Sequence record: MZ311862.1
Length of the DNA: 39,586 bases
Strand: one strand, 5' to 3'
Source of the DNA: Escherichia phage vB_EcoP_LNA3
Of the stretch, positions 18,685 through 27,208 are shown piece by piece. The translations under genes were made by a program, and so were the position numbers. Every line of letters begins with the position of its first letter. Positions within the stretch are counted from its first letter, which is position 1. Under the pieces are notes generated by a model. It had not been told where the DNA came from. It did no database searches and saw nothing but the letters and a program-made list of their open reading frames with translations.

Positions 18685-18882
18685 ATGAGTCTTGCACTAT
18701 TGATAGCCATAGGCTATGGACTTATCGCCTACGTGCTGGTGAGAGACATCAACAAAGCGCGTGAAGTCTACAAATTCAACTATGTACGTCTGGGCCGCTG
18801 GACTGTACGTCAACCTAACGGACAATTCATGCGCAACTTAGCGAACGTCTGGGATATAGCAACTATTGGGAGCAAACTGTAA
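18685..18882 (+). CDS. small membrane protein (hypothetical)
   Basis: 65 aa with N-terminal hydrophobic segment MSLALLIAIGYGLIAYVLV. Confidence 0.5.
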   Translation: MSLALLIAIGYGLIAYVLVRDINKAREVYKFNYVRLGRWTVRQPNGQFMRNLANVWDIATIGSKL

Positions 18883-19142
18883 TGAAAACCGTATACATTA
18901 ACAAACCATCTAGCCATAGCCGTGTAGAGCAAATAGAGCGTGACATGTTCTTACATCGCCGCATGAGGGCTGAGGGCCATAAGTACGAACTGATGAGTCT
19001 GGCGTTTGGTGGACGACCGATCACTGACGATGGTAAACTTTTAGTCTCAGGCTGGAAGGCGATAGACCAACGGTCAACCATCAAGCACACGACTCACGGT
19101 GACTTCAGCCATCTCAACGCTAACCCTCTGATATGCAAGTGA
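18882..19142 (+). CDS. hypothetical early protein
   Basis: 86-aa ORF coupled by a TAATGA overlap to the preceding gene; occupies the slot where T7 has the gene 0.7 kinase. Confidence 0.5.
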   Translation: MKTVYINKPSSHSRVEQIERDMFLHRRMRAEGHKYELMSLAFGGRPITDDGKLLVSGWKAIDQRSTIKHTTHGDFSHLNANPLICK

Positions 19143-19149
19143 TTCTGAC

Positions 19150-19167
19150 TTAACTATCACTATAGGA
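19150..19167 (+). promoter_or_regulatory. phage RNA polymerase promoter directly upstream of the RNA polymerase gene
   Basis: TTAACTATCACTATAGGA about 72 bp before the gene 1 ATG. Confidence 0.7.
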
Positions 19168-19239
19168 CTCAAGGTCTAAGACTCCAAGTGAAAGACCAAA
19201 GAGACTTTAAGTGAAAGACTAATAACAAGGACTTTAAGT

Positions 19240-21921
19240 ATGAGCGTCATCTCTATTGATAAACACGACTTCTCTGATGTGTCGAACGCCATTGAGCCGT
19301 TTAACCTGCTGGCAGACCACTACGGGCAAGACCTTGCAGTCAAACAGCTTCAGCTTGAGCATGAGGCCTACACAGAAGGCGAGCGACGTTTCATCAAGAA
19401 CCTTGAGCGCCAGACCGAGCGCGGGGAACTGGCAGACAATCAGGTCGCCAAGCCTTTGATGCAGACTCTGGTGCCTAAGATTGCGCAAGCAGTCAAGGAG
19501 TGGCACGAAGGCCAAGACGGGAAGCTGTCAACCTCTCGTCCTAGCGTAGCGTTCACCAAGTTGAGCACTGAAGAGAAGGCCGTCAAGGACCGCTCTATGC
19601 GCATCTCCTGTGAGTCCGCTGCGGTTATCATACTGAAGGTCATACTCTCCAAGCTGGTCAAGCCTGAAGGGATACCGATTACACCTATGGCCTCAGCGTT
19701 AGGTCGCACACTTGAGGACGAAATCCGCTTCGGTCGCATCCGTGACAAGGAGAAGGAGCACTTCAAGAAGGCGATAGCTGAGAACCTGAACAAGCGAGCT
19801 GGGGCATCCTACAAGAAAGCCTACATGCAAGCTGTAGAGGCATCCATGCTGGAGCAAGGCCAACTGGAAGATGCGTGGGGGACTTGGAGTCCGACCGAAG
19901 CGGTACACGTTGGCATCAAGATGCTCGAGATTGTCATCCAGTCCACACAACTGGTCGAGCTTAAGCGTTATGGTGCTGGCAATGCGGCGGCTGACGTTGA
20001 GATGGTCCACCTGTCAGACTTCTGGGTAAAGAAGATGGCACAACGTGGATTCAGCCTTGCGGGTATTGCGCCAGTCTATCAGCCTTGCGTCGTTCCACCT
20101 AAACCGTGGACTGGTGTAGTAGGCGGTGGGTACTGGGCCAAAGGTCGCAGACCGTTACCATTGATTCGCTTAGGGTCTAAGTCTGCGGTAGCACGTTATG
20201 AAGACGTGTACATGCCTGAAGTCTATGACGCTGTGAACATCATTCAAAATACACCTTGGAAAGTGAACAAGAAGGTATTGAACGTGGTGAACATGGTCGA
20301 GAAGCTGAACAACACGCCTATTGATGACATCCCTCAGATGGAACCGCTGAAGCCTGAGGACTATGCTGGTGAGACCGAGGAGGAACTCAAGGCATGGAAG
20401 AAGGCTGCTGCTGGTATCTATCGCCGCGAGAAGGCCCGACAGTCACGCAGATTATCACTGAGCTTTATCATCAACCAAGCGAATAAGTTCTCTCAGTTCA
20501 AGGCCATCTGGTTTCCATACAACATGGACTGGCGCGGTCGAGTCTACGCTGTGCCGATGTTCAACCCTCAGGGTAACGACATACAGAAGGGTCTCCTGAC
20601 TCTGGCAGTCGGTAAGCCTATTGGTGCTGACGGTTTCAAATGGCTGAAGGTCCATGGTGCAAACTGCGCGGGTGTTGATAAAGTCACCTTCGAGGAGCGC
20701 ATCAAGTGGGTGGAAGACAACCACGAAAACATCATGGCTGCTGCTAAGGCACCGATGGATAGTATTGAGTGGTGGGGCAAGTTAGACTCTCCGTTCTGCT
20801 TCCTTGCGTTCTGCTTCGAGTATGCTGGTGTAATGCACCACGGATTGTCTTACTCCTGCTCACTGCCGATAGCGTTCGATGGGTCATGCTCTGGTATTCA
20901 GCACTTCAGTGCGATGCTTCGTGACCACATCGGTGGACATGCAGTAAACCTGACGCCATCCGGCATGGTACAAGACATCTACCGCATTGTGTCTGACCGC
21001 ATTGAGGAGGAGCTTAAAGTCCTGCTGATTACCGGTACTGACAACGAGATGGTCACTCACGAGGATAAGAAAACTGGTGAGATTACCGAACGTATCAAGC
21101 TGGGGACACGAGAGCTGGCCCGTCAGTGGTTGACATACGGTATGTCACGCAAGGTCACTAAGCGTTCAGTCATGACTCTGGCATACGGGTCGAAAGAGTA
21201 CGGCTTCGCTGACCAAGTTTACGAGGACATCGTGATGCCAGCGATTGACTCAGGATCTGGCGCTATGTTCACCGAGCCGAGCCAAGCGTCTCGCTTCATG
21301 GCTAAGATGATTTGGGAAGCTGTGAGTGTGACCGTAGTTGCTGCGGTTGACGCGATGAAGTGGCTTCAAGGTGCTGCCAAGCTGCTGGCTGCTGAGGTGA
21401 AGGACAAGAAGACTGGAGAAATCCTGAAGCCTTGCCTTCCGGTACACTGGGTCACTCCTGATGGTTTCCCGGTCTGGCAGGAATACCGCAAGAAGGATAC
21501 CACTCGTCTGAACCTGATGTTCTTAGGGTCATTCAACCTTCAGCCTACCGTCAACAGAGGTACGAAGAAAGAGCTGGACAAACACAAGCAGGAGTCAGGC
21601 ATTAGCCCGAACTTCGTCCACTCACAAGATGGTAGCCACCTCCGCAAGACTGTAGTCCATACTCACCGCAAGTATGGCGTGATGTCGTTCGCAGTGATTC
21701 ACGATAGCTTCGGGACCATCCCGGCTGACGCTGAGTATCTGTTCCGTGGGGTCCGTGAGACTATGGTCGAGACCTACCGCGACAACGATGTGCTGCTTGA
21801 CTTCTACGAGCAGTTTGAATACCAGCTTCACGAGAGCCAGCGCGATAAGTTGCCAGAGCTTCCGAAGAAAGGTAAACTGAATATTGAGGACATCTTGTCT
21901 TCAGACTTTGCATTCGCTTAA
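19240..21921 (+). CDS. T7-like single-subunit DNA-dependent RNA polymerase (gp1)
   Basis: 893 aa, collinear with T7 RNAP (DFSDV...PFN.LADHYG...; C-terminal ...DILSSDFAFA). Specificity loop at 21541..21600 reads QPTVNRGTKKELDKHKQESG. Confidence 0.97.
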   Translation: MSVISIDKHDFSDVSNAIEPFNLLADHYGQDLAVKQLQLEHEAYTEGERRFIKNLERQTERGELADNQVAKPLMQTLVPKIAQAVKEWHEGQDGKLSTSRPSVAFTKLSTEEKAVKDRSMRISCESAAVIILKVILSKLVKPEGIPITPMASALGRTLEDEIRFGRIRDKEKEHFKKAIAENLNKRAGASYKKAYMQAVEASMLEQGQLEDAWGTWSPTEAVHVGIKMLEIVIQSTQLVELKRYGAGNAAADVEMVHLSDFWVKKMAQRGFSLAGIAPVYQPCVVPPKPWTGVVGGGYWAKGRRPLPLIRLGSKSAVARYEDVYMPEVYDAVNIIQNTPWKVNKKVLNVVNMVEKLNNTPIDDIPQMEPLKPEDYAGETEEELKAWKKAAAGIYRREKARQSRRLSLSFIINQANKFSQFKAIWFPYNMDWRGRVYAVPMFNPQGNDIQKGLLTLAVGKPIGADGFKWLKVHGANCAGVDKVTFEERIKWVEDNHENIMAAAKAPMDSIEWWGKLDSPFCFLAFCFEYAGVMHHGLSYSCSLPIAFDGSCSGIQHFSAMLRDHIGGHAVNLTPSGMVQDIYRIVSDRIEEELKVLLITGTDNEMVTHEDKKTGEITERIKLGTRELARQWLTYGMSRKVTKRSVMTLAYGSKEYGFADQVYEDIVMPAIDSGSGAMFTEPSQASRFMAKMIWEAVSVTVVAAVDAMKWLQGAAKLLAAEVKDKKTGEILKPCLPVHWVTPDGFPVWQEYRKKDTTRLNLMFLGSFNLQPTVNRGTKKELDKHKQESGISPNFVHSQDGSHLRKTVVHTHRKYGVMSFAVIHDSFGTIPADAEYLFRGVRETMVETYRDNDVLLDFYEQFEYQLHESQRDKLPELPKKGKLNIEDILSSDFAFA

Positions 21922-21933
21922 CAGGAGAGAGTT

Positions 21934-22149
21934 ATGAAATTTGCACACAAGCAGGCTGGAGTTAATGGCGGGACTCAAATCGTGACCGTAACAGAACACA
22001 ACGGCATGGGTCTGGTGAAGACCACGGTTATCCCTACCGAGATGTCAAAGCAGCTTAACGTCCCGTTCAAGACCCTCGTCCATCTTGTGGAGTCCAGCCA
22101 CGAGAAATACCTGAAAGACGCAGTGTCCAAGATGGAGCAGACCAAATGA
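21934..22149 (+). CDS. hypothetical protein
   Basis: 71-aa ORF with AGGAGAG Shine-Dalgarno immediately after gene 1. Confidence 0.55.
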   Translation: MKFAHKQAGVNGGTQIVTVTEHNGMGLVKTTVIPTEMSKQLNVPFKTLVHLVESSHEKYLKDAVSKMEQTK

Positions 22150-22225
22150 CAGACCTCCAGTTACTGGCCTTGTGGCTGGGATCACTCGCAGTATTCACTT
22201 TAATCCAGCGCAGAAGAGGTTAACC

Positions 22226-22243
22226 TAAACTATCACTATAGGA
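22226..22243 (+). promoter_or_regulatory. phage RNA polymerase promoter (phi1.1 position)
   Basis: TAAACTATCACTATAGGA; by analogy with T7 this region may hold the primary replication origin. Confidence 0.75.
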
Positions 22244-22244
22244 T

Positions 22245-22288
22245 TAGACTCAAGGTCATGACTCAAAGTCGTGGCCTTCATGATTAAC
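22245..22288 (+). ncRNA. conserved hairpin element, candidate RNase III site (T7 R1.1 position)
   Basis: TAGACTCAAGGTCAT-GACTCAAAGTC-GTGGCCTTCATGATTAAC; same stem as the elements at 13683 and 29603. Confidence 0.45.
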
Positions 22289-22316
22289 CCTAACTCACTC
22301 AATCAGGAGCCACACC

Positions 22317-22496
22317 ATGTATCAGAACACTATCAACTTCGAGCGCATCCGTGAACGCCAGCAGACTGAAGGTTACATTCCTAAGGGCCGCAAGCTGAAC
22401 AAGACTAAACGTGGCGGTGGTGTCAAGGGTGCTTTCCGTAACGCTGAAGGTAAAGACTCTATGATCAACCAAGAGAAGTATTTCGTAAGAGCGTAA
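22317..22496 (+). CDS. gp1.1-like small basic protein
   Basis: 59 aa containing KGRKLNKTKR, matching T7 gp1.1; AGGAGC Shine-Dalgarno; below the ORF-track cutoff. Confidence 0.65.
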   Translation: MYQNTINFERIRERQQTEGYIPKGRKLNKTKRGGGVKGAFRNAEGKDSMINQEKYFVRA

Positions 22497-22498
22497 CC

Positions 22499-22747
22499 AT
22501 GAGAAGACGTTGGCTGTTTGAAGCATCCACGAGCCAGTGGTCATCGTTAGGCCGGACACACCGCGAAATGAGTGAGGCAGGACTTGAGGTACGAATGGAT
22601 GACCTGCCGTGCTCTCGGACAACTCTGGTCCGAATCATTGAAGCAGACGGGAAGCCTCTGGTCTCCCGCGAGTTTACCGAACACGAAATCTTTAGCTGTG
22701 AGCAATGGTGCTTGCAGCAACTGAATGCTTATAGGAGCTGGAAATAA
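22499..22747 (+). CDS. gp1.2-like protein (T7 gp1.2 inhibits host dGTPase)
   Basis: 82 aa (T7 85 aa), positional equivalent, with the same C-terminal ...WK. Confidence 0.6.
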   Translation: MRRRWLFEASTSQWSSLGRTHREMSEAGLEVRMDDLPCSRTTLVRIIEADGKPLVSREFTEHEIFSCEQWCLQQLNAYRSWK

Positions 22748-23772
22748 TGACTACTACCCTCAAGACCAACCCGCATCGCGCTGTAGATTACTCTGAGTCA
22801 GGCGTTAAGAAAGCTCTGGAAGCTGCCGGGTCACTGGAAGCTGAAGTGAAGTATGACGGTGTGCGCCTGAATCTCCCGGTACTGCGTGAAGGTGAGACCT
22901 ACTGGCTGAGCCGTGAGTCTAAACCTCTTCCAGCCTTGGAGTGGATGAACTCTGAGTTAGGGAATGCGTGGACCCAAGCTGACTGGCGATGGTTCCTACG
23001 TCAAGCTGGCTACGAAGGTGTGGGCATGATGATTGATGGCGAGGTCATGGTCAAAGGTGTAGACTTCAACACCTCCTCAGGTCTCATCCGAACGAAGTGG
23101 CTCAAGCCTAACAACGAGGAGTTTGCTGAATGCTATCCCGGCCGTGGCAAGAAGGTCCCGTTCTGGGTCGCCCGGTCACGACTTCAGGTTGTGGTTTACG
23201 GTGTCATCGACATGACAACCATTGCTGACCCGAAAGCCGAAGGTCCTATCCATAGCGTCACACGCCTGAAGGCCGAAGCTATCGTCCCTCTCCTCCAGAA
23301 ATACTTCCCGGAAATCGACTGGGTTCTGTCTGAGTCAAACACGGTCTATGACCTTGAGTCGCTCAACTCCCTGTATGAACAGAAGCGTCTGGAAGGACAC
23401 GAGGGTCTGGTGGTCAAGGACCCGCTGGGTAAATACAAGCGTGGCAAGAAGTCAGGCATGTGGAAAATGAAGCCAAGCGAAGAGGCGGATGGTCACGTTG
23501 TCAGACCAGTATGGGGAACCGAAGGTCTCGCCAACGAAGGTCTAGTAATTGGTTTCGACGTTATGCTTGAGAACGGGATGGAGGTCTCCGCAACTAACAT
23601 TAGTCGCGCCCTTATGTCCGAGTTCACAGAGAACGTAAAGTCAGACCCTGACTACTACAAGGGGTGGGCTTGCCAGATTACCTACATGGAGGAGACACCA
23701 GATGGCTCATTACGACATCCCTCGTTCGACCAGTGGCGTGGAACGGAAGACAATCCAACCGTTAAGAGCTAA
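22747..23772 (+). CDS. ATP-dependent DNA ligase (gp1.3)
   Basis: 341 aa with the KYDGVR adenylation motif, at the T7 ligase position. Confidence 0.9.
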   Translation: MTTTLKTNPHRAVDYSESGVKKALEAAGSLEAEVKYDGVRLNLPVLREGETYWLSRESKPLPALEWMNSELGNAWTQADWRWFLRQAGYEGVGMMIDGEVMVKGVDFNTSSGLIRTKWLKPNNEEFAECYPGRGKKVPFWVARSRLQVVVYGVIDMTTIADPKAEGPIHSVTRLKAEAIVPLLQKYFPEIDWVLSESNTVYDLESLNSLYEQKRLEGHEGLVVKDPLGKYKRGKKSGMWKMKPSEEADGHVVRPVWGTEGLANEGLVIGFDVMLENGMEVSATNISRALMSEFTENVKSDPDYYKGWACQITYMEETPDGSLRHPSFDQWRGTEDNPTVKS

Positions 23773-23782
23773 CTAAACGTCA

Positions 23783-23820
23783 ACCCAGTGGTCTTCGGAC
23801 TGCTGGGTTTCTTTGCTTTG
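23783..23820 (+). terminator. intrinsic terminator (T7 TE early-terminator position)
   Basis: CCCAGTGGTC-TTCG-GACTGCTGGG stem-loop (10 bp with two G-U pairs, UUCG loop) followed by TTTCTTTGCTTTG. Confidence 0.7.
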
Positions 23821-23857
23821 TGCTAGCAAGCTATCGTCTGGGCCACCAGCTAGACCC

Positions 23858-23875
23858 TAAGCTATCACTATAGGA
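23858..23875 (+). promoter_or_regulatory. phage RNA polymerase promoter (variant, G at -12)
   Basis: TAAGCTATCACTATAGGA, 28 bp upstream of the 23903 gene. Confidence 0.65.
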
Positions 23876-23902
23876 CAACCATCAACAACCTAAGGAGACT
23901 CT

Positions 23903-24163
23903 ATGTCTAAGAACTTAATGTTCAACCGTTATACCGCTACCTTCCACCTGTCCAACAACCCGTTCGCTTGCATTAAGCGAAACGAGAAGCTGGGATACTT
24001 CGGGAAGGTCATTAAGCTGTCACCTACAGTCTATGCTCTGATTACTTCAGGTAAAGCTGAAGAGGCTCGCCAGAAGCGTGAGACCGACGTACCTGTGGTA
24101 TACACCAAGTGGCCTCGCGTTCGTCTGTTTATTGAGTTCGTGAAGGAGGTGATCAATGGTTAA
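23903..24163 (+). CDS. hypothetical protein (gene 1.6 position)
   Basis: 86-aa ORF with TAAGGAG Shine-Dalgarno. Confidence 0.55.
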   Translation: MSKNLMFNRYTATFHLSNNPFACIKRNEKLGYFGKVIKLSPTVYALITSGKAEEARQKRETDVPVVYTKWPRVRLFIEFVKEVING

Positions 24164-24596
24164 GGTGGGGGATACAGTTGAATATGTTGGACCAGTTCCA
24201 ACCCACAAGGGACGCTCCTGTGGCAAGGTGATAGTGGTTAAAAATGAGCACGTAGCTGTTGTTAAGTGGCCCCGTTTATCTGAACCACTCACTCACTCCA
24301 TTAGTTCCTTAAGTATTACCAAGCAGGCGCAGTCCGAGCCGACAACCATAGGTCAGGAAGATAGCGTCCGTAAGCCATCTTACTATCAGGTCTTTGACGG
24401 AGTGGAGTCCATTGAGATTATCGCTCGGTCCATGACTGTCAGTGAGTTCCGTGGGTTCTGCATGGGTAACGTCCTGAAGTATCGACTCCGGGCTGGTAAG
24501 AAGTCAGAGCTAGCAACTATGGAGAAGGACCTAAACAAAGCGGCCTTCTATCAGGAGCTGTTCAACCTGCATAAAGGTAAGTGTTATGACGTATGA
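24156..24596 (+). CDS. hypothetical protein (gene 1.7 position; C-terminal half possibly DUF3310-like)
   Basis: 146-aa ORF with GAAGGAGG Shine-Dalgarno; the domain assignment is a weak recollection. Confidence 0.5.
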   Translation: MVKVGDTVEYVGPVPTHKGRSCGKVIVVKNEHVAVVKWPRLSEPLTHSISSLSITKQAQSEPTTIGQEDSVRKPSYYQVFDGVESIEIIARSMTVSEFRGFCMGNVLKYRLRAGKKSELATMEKDLNKAAFYQELFNLHKGKCYDV

Positions 24597-24813
24597 GGAA
24601 CTTAAAGCTGTAGGGGTGAAGCGTAGAGCGCTCAGTTTTTACCGAGCATACAAGGCGCTACGTAAGGGTATGTTAGCGTTCTCATTAGGACACAGTGAGT
24701 ATTGCGACTATGACCTCCTACCGTTTGCTTATATGAAGACTCCTAGTATTATTATTAGGGTGGAGGAGTATGACCATTCTGACGACTGTGTAATGGTGAA
24801 CCGATATGCTTAA
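24586..24813 (+). CDS. hypothetical protein (gene 1.8 position)
   Basis: 75-aa ORF overlapping the previous stop. Confidence 0.5.
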   Translation: MTYEELKAVGVKRRALSFYRAYKALRKGMLAFSLGHSEYCDYDLLPFAYMKTPSIIIRVEEYDHSDDCVMVNRYA

Positions 24814-24900
24814 ACCGAGTGAGTGGTGCCGGGAGATGTACGAGAAGACTCTCAACCCGGACTACATTACGTTATACAACCAATGGAAGGAGCGTGGTCT

Positions 24901-25059
24901 ATGACTGACGTAGAAAAGAAATACATCGTGGAGCTTGAGGGTCGCGTTCAGTCATTCGAGGTTCCGGTGTACGCAAAGTCTCTTGAAGAGGCTACCCTGA
25001 AGTCCCAAGAGTATGAGGACGCTGGGTTTGTGGTCGGACGGATTCGTCCTGAGACCTAA
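24901..25059 (+). CDS. gp2-like inhibitor of host RNA polymerase
   Basis: 52 aa from ATG 24901 (AAGGAG 8 nt upstream): ...[33 protein letters not shown] matches T7 gp2 (SFEVPIYAETLDEAL...PAGFEVTRVRP). The track's 24823 start is a GTG with no Shine-Dalgarno. Confidence 0.7.
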   Translation: MTDVEKKYIVELEGRVQSFEVPVYAKSLEEATLKSQEYEDAGFVVGRIRPET

Positions 25060-25074
25060 ACTATCACTGTAGGA
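25057..25074 (+). promoter_or_regulatory. phage RNA polymerase promoter (phi2.5 position; variant, G at -2)
   Basis: TAAACTATCACTGTAGGA upstream of the SSB gene. Confidence 0.6.
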
Positions 25075-25115
25075 CAGACGTCAAGTTCGTAACTTTAAAT
25101 AGGAGATTTACACCA

Positions 25116-25829
25116 ATGGCTAAAGAGCAACTGAAGACTTTCACCACTCCGGTAGCTGGTATAGTTGAGCCTTACGCATGGCTGAACAAAGCAGACACCA
25201 AGTTTAATGAGCGTGGTGAGCATAAGGTTAACCTGACATTCGACCTGAGCAACCCGAAGGTCCGTAAGATGATTGATGTCTTACAGAAGATTCACGACGA
25301 TGCGTATGCGAAAGCACTCGCAGACCACGAGAAGAACCCACCTCAGGTTCAGCGTGGCAAGAAGCCTATCGAGCCGCGTGAAGGCGACATGCCGTGGATT
25401 GAGAATGGTGACGGCACTGTTACCCTTAAGTTTAAATGCTTTGCGTCTTACCTTAAAGACGGCAAGTCCGAGCCTATCGTATTACGGTTCTACGACACCG
25501 ATGCTAAGTTAATCCGTGACGTCCCGAATATTGGCGCTGGCTCAAAGCTGAAGGTCAAGTTTAAAGTCCTGCCATTCAAGTGGAACGCTGCTACTGGTGC
25601 AAGCGTTAAGCTCCAGCTTGAGTCCTGCCTTCTGGTAGAACTGAAGGAGTGGAAAGGTGATGGTGCTGGTGGCGATGGTGGCTGGGGTGATGATGAAGAC
25701 CTCGGTACTGGTTACAAAGCGTCAACCGATGGTGACTTCGGTGACGATGACTTCGGTGACGATGACTTCGGTGACGATGGTTCCGAAGGTGGTGACGACT
25801 CCAGCTCTGGTGGAGATTACGACTTCTAA
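25116..25829 (+). CDS. single-stranded DNA-binding protein (gp2.5)
   Basis: 237 aa with an acidic C-terminal tail ending in Phe (...GGDYDF), as in T7 gp2.5. Confidence 0.9.
   Translation: MAKEQLKTFTTPVAGIVEPYAWLNKADTKFNERGEHKVNLTFDLSNPKVRKMIDVLQKIHDDAYAKALADHEKNPPQVQRGKKPIEPREGDMPWIENGDGTVTLKFKCFASYLKDGKSEPIVLRFYDTDAKLIRDVPNIGAGSKLKVKFKVLPFKWNAATGASVKLQLESCLLVELKEWKGDGAGGDGGWGDDEDLGTGYKASTDGDFGDDDFGDDDFGDDGSEGGDDSSSGGDYDF
25734..25778 (+). repeat. three in-frame tandem copies of a 15-bp unit (GACTTCGGTGACGAT) within the SSB acidic tail
   Basis: Perfect tandem copies encoding the tripled DFGDD motif in the gp2.5 C-terminal tail. Confidence 0.9.
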
Positions 25830-26281
25830 TGGCCCAATGGTCTGCAAAACGGGGGCACTCTGTGGGTGCCTACCGCTCTGGACTTGAAGCCAAGAACCAG
25901 CAGTGGCTGGAACAGAACGGCGTCAAAGCGGAGTACGAAAGCCATTATATCAACTATGTGATTCCGGCTTCCGACCACAAGTACACACCAGACTTTATCC
26001 TTCCAAACGGTATCATCGTGGAGACCAAAGGAATCTTCGCAGTTGAAGACCGTAAGAAGCACCTTCTGGTACGAGAACAGCACCCAGAGTTAGACATCCG
26101 GTTCGTGTTCTCGAGTTCCCGCTCCAAGTTATACAAAGGGTCTCCGACCACGTATGGCGCATGGTGCGAAAAGAACGGCTTTAAATTTGCCGATAAATTC
26201 ATCCCGGTTGAGTGGCTGCGAGAGGCGACTGTACGTCTGCCTTCAGGTATACTCATCCCCAAGAAGAAAGGAGTTAAGTGA
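25829..26281 (+). CDS. endonuclease I (Holliday junction resolvase, gp3)
   Basis: 150 aa; YVIPASDHKYTPDFILPNGIIVETKG...RKKHLLVREQHPELDIRFVFSSSRSKLYKGSPTTYG closely matches T7 endonuclease I. Confidence 0.92.
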   Translation: MAQWSAKRGHSVGAYRSGLEAKNQQWLEQNGVKAEYESHYINYVIPASDHKYTPDFILPNGIIVETKGIFAVEDRKKHLLVREQHPELDIRFVFSSSRSKLYKGSPTTYGAWCEKNGFKFADKFIPVEWLREATVRLPSGILIPKKKGVK

Positions 26282-26736
26282 TGACTACCTGTAAAGACCT
26301 TGAAGTTGGAACACGTTACAGATTCTCAAAGAACACCCTGTTGAATAACCCCAGCTTCACTGATGCTGTTTTCGAAAAGCGAGAAGACCATAGCGTAATT
26401 GTGGAGAAGGGGTGGCATCCTGAGGATTATATCGGTGAGACTACCAGCTGGAATGGTCACGAGACCTACAGTGTAGAAGTTGTTGACCAGCCTCAAGTCC
26501 TGCCAGCTTCGAGCGTACCTCCTGTGACTGTGAAGCGTGAAGTCCTGACAATCGACAAGATTGGTGTAGGCCAGACGTTCATCGTCCATGGAAAGCCTGA
26601 AGAAGTTTACGTGAAGATTAGCAACTCACACGTCTTCAACCATAAGCGTCTCCAGATGCACACCACGGACGCACAACGCTTCACCCAGCACCTGAATCTA
26701 GTGGTCGTAGAATTGGTGGTGTACAATGGTAAGTAA
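26281..26736 (+). CDS. hypothetical protein between endonuclease I and lysozyme
   Basis: 151 aa from ATG 26281 (AAGAAAGGAG upstream; TGATG overlap with the gp3 stop). T7 has no gene here. Confidence 0.6.
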   Translation: MTTCKDLEVGTRYRFSKNTLLNNPSFTDAVFEKREDHSVIVEKGWHPEDYIGETTSWNGHETYSVEVVDQPQVLPASSVPPVTVKREVLTIDKIGVGQTFIVHGKPEEVYVKISNSHVFNHKRLQMHTTDAQRFTQHLNLVVVELVVYNGK

Positions 26737-27184
26737 GGTACAGTTCAACCCACGGTCCAGGACTGACGCTATCTTCGTTCACTGTTCGGCTACCAAGCCA
26801 GAGATGGACATCGGGGTAGAGACCATCCGTATGTGGCACAAGCAGCAAGGCTGGCTGGACGTAGGCTACCACTTTATCATCAAGCGCGATGGTACTGTGG
26901 AAGAGGGACGCCCGGTAAACGTCGTAGGGTCACACGTTAAGGACTGGAACTCACGGTCTGTAGGCGTCTGCCTTGTAGGTGGAGTTGACGCTAAGGGCAA
27001 GTTTGAAGCTAACTTCACTCCAGCCCAGATGAACTCCCTGCGCAACAAGCTGGCTGACCTGAAGTCCCTGTATCCTCAGGCAGAAATCAAAGCACATCAT
27101 GATGTAGCACCAAAGGCGTGTCCAAGTTTCGACTTACAGCGCTGGCTGTCTACTAATGAGCTGGTCACTTCCGACCACGGTTAA
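26726..27184 (+). CDS. lysozyme / N-acetylmuramoyl-L-alanine amidase (gp3.5)
   Basis: 152 aa; TDAIFVHCSATKP...GWLDVGYHFIIKRDGTVEEGR...AHHDVAPKACPSFDL...ELVTSD matches T7 lysozyme. Confidence 0.92.
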   Translation: MVSKVQFNPRSRTDAIFVHCSATKPEMDIGVETIRMWHKQQGWLDVGYHFIIKRDGTVEEGRPVNVVGSHVKDWNSRSVGVCLVGGVDAKGKFEANFTPAQMNSLRNKLADLKSLYPQAEIKAHHDVAPKACPSFDLQRWLSTNELVTSDHG

Positions 27185-27208
27185 TAAACTCTAAAGGAGA
27201 ATAACTTA

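Noticed and set aside
22146-22223. 25-aa hydrophobic ORF coupled to the 21934 gene by an ATGA overlap
   Set aside because: Too short to support without conservation evidence; listed only as a possibility.
24823-24900. Longer gp2 reading frame from GTG 24823 given in the ORF track
   Set aside because: GTG with no Shine-Dalgarno; the internal ATG 24901 has AAGGAG at ideal spacing and gives a 52-aa product matching T7 gp2 in length and sequence.
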